Source: Octopus vulgaris (taxonomy: Eukaryota). Taken from it: 64,000 nucleotides of DNA. Location of the stretch: assembly GCA_951406725.2 (NCBI GenBank), contig OX597824.1:64108001-64172000 (forward strand), given 5' to 3'. This document shows positions 54,796 to 64,000 of this stretch, piece by piece (the first letter of the stretch is position 1; each line of letters opens with the position of its first letter). Under the pieces are notes generated by a model, which searched no databases, was not told the DNA's origin, and saw only the letters and a list, made by a program, of their open reading frames with translations. Both the position numbers and the translations under genes were made by a program.

Positions 54796-56247
54796 CTCAC
54801 ATAGTTTTCAATTAATCATGCATTATTTTCAAGCTTCAAAATTTCAATGGTGTGTTTGTATATTTTTAAAATGACATCACAGGGTAGGTGTGAGAGACCA
54901 GACCCAGCCAGTTTGAACAGTTTGAATATTTAGGCCATAGCTGGCCTAAATATTCTACCTGTATATATTTAGGTAAAATATTTAGGCCAGCTATGACTGG
55001 ATAAATACTAGAGGGTTAAATACTGCTTATATAATAAGCACTGACAATGATAATAATAGGAACTTCTTAACCACACAGCATTTTCTGCATCAATATTAAC
55101 TGTAATTGGAATCATCTGAATATACTGAATTCAAAATGTAGAGGAACATAATTAAATACAGGCACTTCACCCTTTTTATCACTTAATCAACTTGAAATAC
55201 AGGGTAAGCAAGGGATAATGAGAAACAAGCCTATGTGTAGTCACTCAAACTGCTAGAAATAGCAGCAGCCAAACCTCATCTCTCACACAGGCTAATGTTC
55301 TACATGCACTATTTGTCTATGCCTGGGCTACCAGCTCTATTAGGACCAACTTGAGCCAAACAACAATAGTCTGACTTGCTAGAAATAGCAGACAAATACA
55401 ATTTGGTCTTAATCAAAAAGGAAAAAAGGAAACATTAGAAAATATAATCTTCAGTATACAAAATGACATGAACGTCATGGCTGGGATACCTATGGTCAAA
55501 GGTTTGATGAGGGATGAGTTAGGGCTAAATAAGAACATCAGATATAATAATGAAATAACTGATAGAATTTTATATATTTTACACACAGGCAGGTCTGTAT
55601 CTAAGGATACATACATAACATTCCGTTTTTTTATTATCATTTACTGAATCTGAAGGAAAGAGCAAAGCCCATGATTCTTGTTAGCTCTCTGAGACTAGTT
55701 AGAATGACACCATTAATGGGAATGGTGTAAGGATAGGTCACAGAAATTTAGAGACCTGGTCTTGATGCTTACAACAGAGCAAACTCTGCTAAAGGCACCC
55801 AAGGCTATTTATTATCTTTAACGCACTACACTTCATTAAAACTTCTTTGGTCATTACACTGATAAATTATATTTGAAAAATTTGAAGGTAGCAAAGAGAA
55901 TAAAGGTGGCAGTCACAGAAATGGTAGAACACTGAAAAACCAAGCTCAGCTTTACCTTTCTTCCAGTTTCTGTAGGGCAACTTAATCATATAGTGTCATT
56001 GTTTGACATTAGCTCCCCCAACTACTGTCTGTCCATTTTTACGTATGATGCTGTAAATCAGCATTGTATATAGCCATACCGGAGTTCAAAAGAAATTCGC
56101 TTTCAAACAACAGTGTTTCAGGTTCAGTCCCACTGAATGACACCTTGGATATGTCTTCTACTATAATCCCAGGTCAATCAAAGCCTTGTGAGTTGATTGC
56201 TGACATAAAAACTGGTAAAATCCCATGGTATATCATACACACACACA

Positions 56248-56291
<44 letters not shown>

Positions 56292-56771
56292 CAAGAAGAC
56301 TTATCCACTACAACAGATACTGATGCTGGTACCACATAAAAACCAACCAGTACACTCTGTGGAGTGGTTGGCATAAGAAAGGGTATCTGACCATAGAAAC
56401 CATGCTAGAACAGACAATGGACGCTGGTGTGGCCCTTGGCCTTACAAGCTCTGTTGGTACTGTCCAGCCCATGTCAGCATGAAAAACAGACATTAAATGA
56501 TGATGATGATATATATGCATATACATATGTGTGTGTGAAGGGGTGTTAATAGCCCCTTGTCTTTACATTGCATGACAGTTTTAAATGAATGTCACCATCA
56601 TACAAGCTATGTTCTTTGCTTCCATGAAAACATCTGGATGTATGAAAATATTGACTTGCTTGGAAACAAGTGAGGGTTAGCAGCAGGAAGGGCATCCAGC
56701 CATAGAAAACCTGCCACAACAAATTCTATCTGACTCATGTGAACATGGAAAAGTGGTTGTTAAAATGATAT

Positions 56772-56802
<31 letters not shown>

Positions 56803-57622
56803 GGGGGGGGGCTATCATAGAAGCAGTGTCCTTCATTTCCACTCTTCCAGGAAAACTCATCTAGTCATAAGGAAATATTACCTACTTGAAAACAGGTGAT
56901 GGTTGGTGAGAGGAAGAGTATCCAGCCATAGAAGATCTGCTGTAATGAATGTTCTGATCCATGTAAGAACAGAAAAGTGGACATTAAAACAACGCTGATG
57001 GTTTATTACCTTCAGTTTTAAACCCAGTGACTAAGTTTGTCTTTGACTTATAATGACAGCAACACTAGCTGTCACACTGCATCTTCAATGATTTGATATC
57101 TGGTTTCAACTTTGACCAATTGATACTAAATTTATCAGTAGATACAAATTCAAACCCAGCTAACCAATGTAAGTGTAGTTAGTCTACTGAAAAAATTGTA
57201 TTCTCAACACACAAACAGGATGCATTGTAGATTTATTGACTCAGTAAAATGCATTTCTCTACAACTAGCTGATAGGTCTGTAGACATTGTACCTTTAACA
57301 TAACAATGGGTTGATTCGGTTGTTGTTGCTCTTTAAACCAACTTATAGTTCTATGGAATAGTACATGCTTTCTGTTTAGACTGCCTTCGTTACAACAAAT
57401 TCTATGTATGTAGGACATATTCTAATAGGTATACAAAATTTAGTGCTGCATTTATCTTTTATCTATTTATTCTATCTGTCGGTCTATCTAACTTTGTGCT
57501 TGCTTCTTTGTAAGCCATGAACATGTGCATGCCCAATACACTCACCAACATAGATGCACACACACAAAGTATAAATACTTTGTATTTATAGTAACAAAAG
57601 CCTGACAAAAAACAAGACATAC

Positions 57623-57645
57623 CTGGAGTGAGGAGGGTATGCCAT
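57623..57645 (-). CDS. EPS8: Probable first coding exon (ATG at 57645) of the EPS8-like gene
   Basis: ATG GCA TAC CCT CCT CAC TCC AG|gtatgt (MAYPPHS, phase 2) with a strong donor; phase matches the 51705 exon. The 5' extent (UTR or further coding) is not determinable. Confidence 0.55.
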
Positions 57646-60615
57646 TGATGAAGTAATGAATGGTGATGAAAGAACTTTGACAAACTAGCTGATTGGTTGA
57701 TTCATCAAATGATTAATCAAGCAATCAATTAGTTAATTGGTTAACTAACTGACTAACAATAACTGTTTCAAATTTAGTTACAAGGCCAGTAATTAGGAGG
57801 GAAAAGGATTTAATCAATTATATCAACTCAATACTTGATAAGTACTTTTTTTATCAACACTAAATGGAAACGTTAACCTAAGTAGGATTTGAACTCAGAA
57901 CATAAAGAGTCAAAGCAAATGCTGCAAGGTATTTTTTACCAATGTTCTAACAATTCTGCCAGCTCACTGTTTTTGTTTTATTTTATTTTATTTTGTGAAT
58001 ACAATAATCTTTTTTACAATAGGCACAAATGCTGAAATGTTGGGGTAGGGGGCTAGTCGTATATATCAACACTAGTGTGTAACTGGTACTAATTTCATCG
58101 ATCCCAAAAAGGTGAAAGGCAAAGTCAACCTCAATGGAATTTGAACTCAGAACATAAGGACAGACGAAATGCCACTAAGCATTTTGTCCGGTGTGCTAAC
58201 AATTCTGCCAGCTCACTATGTTTTCTGCCAGATACAATAATAAAAAGAAACTGAGTGCTTCTTATTGGCAAAATTATTCCACCACCACCACCATCCAACA
58301 ATATGTACTTAAAGTCACACATTATCTGAACAGTTATTCATCTATTCAAATATTTTTACCATTCAGCAGAGAGTGAGTACTGAGGATCAGCAAGATTGAC
58401 CATCAAACAAACAAGTCAGTAGTTGAGGTGACAGCCACAGAAAGAGAATTTTCAGCAATTGTCAAGAAGAGAAAGCTGTAGTGTTTTGGTTATGTCATCA
58501 GGACTCAGAACCAATGGGAAATGAGGAAGAGAGAGAGACTAAGATGAGGAAACACTGGATGGACAACCCCCAAAGAATGGACCAGAAGATATCTGGCTGA
58601 AGGCACAACTATGGCCAGAGACAGAAATCAGTGGCGAGAGATGGTGCATGTGTCCATGGTGTCTGCGAATCTGTTATTTTTCATTACTGATATATCAATA
58701 CTGATAAATAACAGCTGTAGTGCATAGCTGTTATTTGTTAATATTTACATTTGCTAGTTATGTCTGCAATATTGCTATTATTTTTCATGCCTGTCACATG
58801 CAATGCTGTTGTTTTTTTCTTGTACCTTAATAATACATAATTTCTTCAGTAAAGCCCAATAAATCTGCTTTAACTTCTTTGATGTCCCTGTTTATTTACT
58901 GGCTTCTGGTACTGAACTACAATCATGCTGAGACCCCAGCTTCGAGGGATTTTTCGTCCCCCCCTCCTCCTCCACTCAATTATATCGATCCCAGTAATTA
59001 ATTTTGGTATTTCTTGCACTGATGCTTATCAGAGATACCAAAGGCAGTAGTGTAAAGGGAGATAACTCAGTCACACATATAATGCAAACTATTTTTGTTT
59101 GAATGTATGAGTTTTTATTCACACAATGTTGATACAAAAGTGTGCATGAGAGTCCTCAGATTAGCGTTTGCCAGTGTGATGCACTTCTTTTATTCCTAAG
59201 TGTACCAAAAAACAATTGCCTAATGTAACTGTGGGATACGGAGATGAATAAACAAAAGTCTACTGTACATAATAATTGTTATTTATAATAAAATATTGAA
59301 AACAAAGCAAAATATCAGACAGTTACCACAAACTTACAAAAAGATTGCCAACATGTTTGCAATTATGTGAAGGAGTCATATCATCTCATTATACCATCTT
59401 CCACAGCAAAAAGAACTCACATCTGATATGTCTTACATTATTTAATGACTGTGTTACCTTTCAGAGATATTTTTTGATTAGCTAAATTAAAATTCTCCTA
59501 GAAAGACAAAATGAATGTTAAACATTCATCTACCTGTCAGTTATTTGTTAAAAACTACAAGCATTACATTTTGTAGAACAATTCTCTTGTCCAAAATATG
59601 AGCTGTACAGTTAATCTGAAAGAAGATTAAACTGAGATATGGTACTTTATATTGGGTTGTCTGGAAAGTTCGTGCCGATTTTTAAAAGAAAGAAAACAGT
59701 CAATAAATACTAGCCTTTACATTTTTAATCAACCAAATATGATGCTAGATGCCCTTCCTAACACCAACCATTTTTCAGAGTGTGCTGGGTGCTTTTAATG
59801 TGGCACAAGTGCATTTATATGGCAGTGGCACAGGTGCTTTTTATGAGGCACCAGAAAAAGGACCAAGATATTTGGTGCCTTGCTGTACTCAAGAAGACCT
59901 GTCATCCACAACAGAAATCTCATATACTTTATTAAAAAAGCAAGTTAAATAAAATACATTTTCTTCAACAAAACAAAATGTATTTTGTTTGACTCATTAT
60001 TTTTAATAATAATTATATATATTTCAAGAAATTGGAGAAGGGTTATTAGATGTGAATGACTAAAGAAAGAAAAAAAAGAATGAGAGAAGGTACAACATAG
60101 ACAAAGAAAGAGTAAGAAGGAAACAAAAAAGGCAGAAGAAAATAAATGCCTGTTACAATAAATGTTGTTAATTAAATATGGTTCTCATGTTAATGGTTTG
60201 TATGTCCACATTCCTACATTCTCAGCATTTGCAGAGTTTGTCTACTTTTATATTTTTCAAAATAATCATAAGTACTATATCTGCATGATAACTAAAAATA
60301 TGAGACTTAAAATGCTATGATTAAGTCTAAATATCTTAAGAAAGACAATACATTAGTGTGAAGTAAAAGCCCACAACTCAACAAAAATATACAGAAACTT
60401 ATTTTAAACCCATTCAAAATTATCCTCTATTTCATGAGCTTCAATATGATTATAAAATGGAGGATCATCAACAGAGCATGATTTAACAACAATAATAGAA
60501 GACCATACATTTTATGTATGCCAGAAACATTCAAAATATTTTCTGGCCAAACTACTTTCATTAATAAAGAATTACTGCATACTGGCACAAAATATACCAA
60601 CCAATAAATACCTTA

Positions 60616-60887
60616 GTGGAAGCACATGGCCTAGTGGTTAGAGCAGCAGACTCACGGTCGAGGGATCGTGGGTTCGAATCTCAGACCGGGCAATGTGTGC
60701 GTTTATGAGCAGGTAATTAAATATTGTTCTCATGTTAATGGTTTGCCACAACATTCTCTCACTCTTTCCTCCTGCATCTAGCAGCTCACCTGCAATTGAC
60801 CGGTGTCCCATCCAGGTGGGAAACCTATATGCCCAGGAAACCAGGAAACCGGTTCTATGGGCCAGGCATGGCCCAAGAAGGAACAAA
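60616..60887 (+). mobile_element. tRNA-derived SINE (family E)
   Basis: A box tggcctagtggtt, B box ggttcgaatc; 14-bp TSD caataaatacctta at 60602-60615 and 60888-60901. Confidence 0.85.
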
Positions 60888-62104
60888 CAATAAATACCTT
60901 ACCAGCAACATTTACACAAACAGATAACATTCATTACTATATCAAGTTCAAATCATTCAATTTAATTCTCCCTAACTCCCCTAGGAAATTAATCTCCCAT
61001 GTCAGACATATATACATTCAACTGTTTATATGCAGACAGTAGAGTATTATCCATAATATGACAGGTAACTCTGGAAGTATGTTTTGCCACTCTGGGTGAT
61101 ATCAGAAAATATGACATAAATACAATTATTTAATTTTTATCAAAATTTTGGTGCTTATACAAAATGGTGAAATGAATACCAATTTTCAAAAGAAAAATAT
61201 TTATTAACCCAAAAGAAAACTAAACTTCTTATTTGTGTAACTCCTCCCATAACTGTCCTGTCTTTTGCTCCCTCTCTTCCCTTTATCGTCTGCCTCTATG
61301 ATGCTTTCTCTCTACTCATCCTGCACCTCTTCTGTTAACTCACTCTATCTCTCCATTACACTTACCCTACCTTTTCAAAGCAATGGAAAACATGACTGGA
61401 GATACCAACCAACTAATATTTATATACAGACATTCAAATTATTATTTCTCAACATGTAAAAATGACAGGCTAGTATAAAAGAGACTAGGCTAATATGTTC
61501 TTTTGTATGATTGTAAAACTAGTATGAATGCTGTATAAACTGAAGTCACTGTATGAATGTTATAGGTTTCAAGGCAGAAAACATTACTCATATTCACACC
61601 ACAAAACTGTCATGTATACAATACTTGGATATTTCTCTTAAACTAGTCAATAATGCATTTTGACACCTACCCACTCATATGTTTACATGTCCTGTTCAGA
61701 TCAATAACATTCATTTTAATGTTAATACAGCTAACATTTAAATGTTTCATTTTATGTTTCTATTTATATACATTATGTCACAACATCTTGTGAGGAAACT
61801 TGGTGGATGAAAACTGTGCAGAAGCCTGTCTAGTGTAGCGTGTGTGTGTGTGTGTGTATCTTATCTTTCATCTTTTACCTGTTTCGGTCATTAGACTGCA
61901 GCCATGCTGGGACGCTGACTTGAATTTTTAGTCAAATGAATTGACCCCAGTACTTCTTTTTTAAGCCTAGTAGTTATTCTATTAGTCTCTTTTGCCAAAC
62001 CACTAAGTTATAGGGATGCAAACACACCAACAGTTGTCAAGCAGTGGTGAAATAGACAAAGAAAGAAAGAAAGAAACCTACACACACACACACACACACA
62101 CACA

Positions 62105-62972
62105 CAGGGTGCAGTGAATAAATTGTCATCTAAATTACACAAAAATTAAAATAACACTGACATCTCATTTTAACAGATATATTTACCAAAATTACATAAA
62201 AATATCTTGAAATACTAAAGAGTAAATTTATTCAATAAAATCGCCATTGGTTTTCAACCATGACCTCCAGACAACATCGGAATCTCCTGCAAATCTTCTG
62301 GACAGTCTCCTTGTTTAAGTTGGTGAACTCTGCCATTAGCCTTGCCCTCAGTTCATCTTTGGCGTTACAAGGAGTTCTGTTGGTCTCTCATTCAACTGCA
62401 CCACACACATAATAATCAAGGGGAGTTAGGTGGGAGATAGGTCTGGGGAGTTAGGTGGCCAGATGTTAGGGGCGATGTGGTTGCAGAAATTGTCTGACAG
62501 CCATGACTGGATTCTCCTGCTTGTGTGGCATGGTGCAGAGTCCTGTTGCCAGACATAGAGCCTTCCAGCAGCCACCCTCTTGACCCAGGGCGGTACTACC
62601 TCCTCCAGGCACTTGATGTTGAATCTGAGGCCGTGTGGGAAGATGAATTGAGGAATAACATCACCATCATTAGTGGTCATTCCAAACACCATGACATTGA
62701 CTGGATATTTGATTTTTATCATTCTTGATACATGTCCTCAGATTGATACCCAAAACTATGAAATGTTCATATTGGAGCTTCTGGCACGAATGCCAAGCAG
62801 TACAGCATTTCATTTCCAAATTTCTGGTAGAATGAATTGTCTCATGGTGCTATTTTTCTCACAGATGGTGCCCAACTGACTTTACTATACTGTGTAGTTG
62901 ACAAAATCAAAACAATGTACATGCGCGAAATTAAAAATAAAAAATGGTGACAATTTACCCATTGCACCCTCT
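62105..62972 (-). mobile_element. Tc1/mariner superfamily, DD37D (maT)-type, internally deleted
   Basis: TIRs cagggtgcagtgaataaattgtca / tgacaatttacccattgcaccct; VMVFG..WQQDSAPCH..WPPNSPDL..PLDY. Spacing of 37 residues once a short local duplication is removed. Confidence 0.8.
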
Positions 62973-62979
62973 GTGTGTG

Positions 62980-63067
<88 letters not shown>

Positions 63068-63218
63068 CATACATACATACATACATACATACACATGAGT
63101 AAGCACACAAATTCAAAACAAAGTGGAAAAAAACAGCCCTCAAATATCAAAGGTAGAGTAATATGCTTTTTTATTAAAGCTGCAAAAACATTACAACTGT
63201 ACCATCACATTCGTTATC

Positions 63219-63254
63219 AACTGCCTGATGAATGTGAAACTCTGAGTAGCAGTT
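63219..63254 (+). ncRNA. Hammerhead motif with collapsed stem II inside an inverted-repeat element (63163-63293)
   Basis: AACTGC CTGATGA atgt GAA ACTC-T-GAGT A GCAGTT; 6-bp helix I, GUA triplet, only 4 nt between the core halves. Confidence 0.6.
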
Positions 63255-64000
63255 TTTCTGTAATGTTTTTGCAGCTTTAATAAAAAAAAGTATGTGTGAG
63301 TGTATATGTATATATATATATATATAAATATACACACACATATATATATGACAGGCTTCTTTCAGTATCTGTCTACCAAATCCACTAACAACGCATTGGC
63401 TGGCCTGAGACTGTAATAGAAAACACTTGACGCAGGTGCTATGCAGTGGGACTGAACCCAGAACCATGTGGTTGGGAAAAAAGCTTCTTACCACCCCGCC
63501 AATATATTTCATTAAAAGCAACAAAACAAAGAAAAATAACAAGTGCTTTTCAAATGAAGTCTTGGCAATATTTGATCCATACTGAGTTTCAAACACTTCT
63601 TTGTCATTCTCTCTCTCTCGGAAATACAGTGAACCAGTGATTGGTTCATTGCAAACTGGTAACCAATTGTGATGCATATATAAACAAAGAAAAAACACTT
63701 TACTATTATTTTGCAATCTCTCTCTCTCTCTCTCACTCCCCTAATTAGTTAATTCCTAATTAGTGTAATGGATTTCTATCATGCTATTAATATAATTTAT
63801 CACCTGTTCAGCAAGGTGAGTTGTGTTGGTTGAGGTAGAATAAGTTACCATCATTAATGAAGCCCTTCATTAAAAATGGCTCTACTCAAAATGGTGATGA
63901 TTTCTTCTCCTCCTGACATATATATTTCATTTTCCGTTTCTTATTGAACTGTTGTTGCAGTTGTTGTTGCTGTTATTATTGTTGTGCTCATTGTTATTTT

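Noticed and set aside
52085-55649. Micro-exon candidates 52085-52105 and 55615-55649
   Set aside because: Both give stops in the phase 2 required between flanking exons.
60616-60690. tRNA-like sequence with A and B boxes
   Set aside because: Head of a TSD-flanked SINE; no proper acceptor stem or Pol III terminator.
63804-63860. Upstream exon MMVTYSTSTNTTHLAEQ|gtgata joining the 57623 exon in frame
   Set aside because: Weak donor and a purine-rich acceptor at ~57685; insufficient support.

Overview
AT-rich, microsatellite-dense eukaryotic DNA. Its tRNA-derived SINEs, RTE-tailed (GAT)n elements and MITEs look like those of an octopus/coleoid cephalopod (inference). The window is mostly the intronic 5' part of one minus-strand gene of the EPS8/arouser family. 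Frame-compatible exons read MAYPPHS (57623-57645) / SGYDGYMPSEE..QVS (51580-51705) / RHFQQNMGVRG..YASSG (47075-47226) / DRSYDARMSPMGQSVFFEVDHLATFTVTHE (5988-6077). The last carries the first strand of the EPS8-type PTB domain, and the gene continues beyond position 1. The introns hold many SINEs, decayed LINEs (RTE, R4/Dong-like), Penelope-like (PLE) GIY-YIG relics, hAT, maT/mariner, piggyBac-type and Helentron-type elements. Nearly all ORFs in the supplied track are microsatellite or TE artefacts. The most notable unannotated signal is a set of about 9-10 type I hammerhead-ribozyme motifs from several unrelated sequence families. All have palindromic helix III, several sit in inverted pairs, and one has a ~275-nt insert in stem II. 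Also notable are a 90-nt frame-preserving cassette exon with a single in-frame UGA, candidate alternative N-terminal exon routes, and several templated-insertion and fold-back scars.
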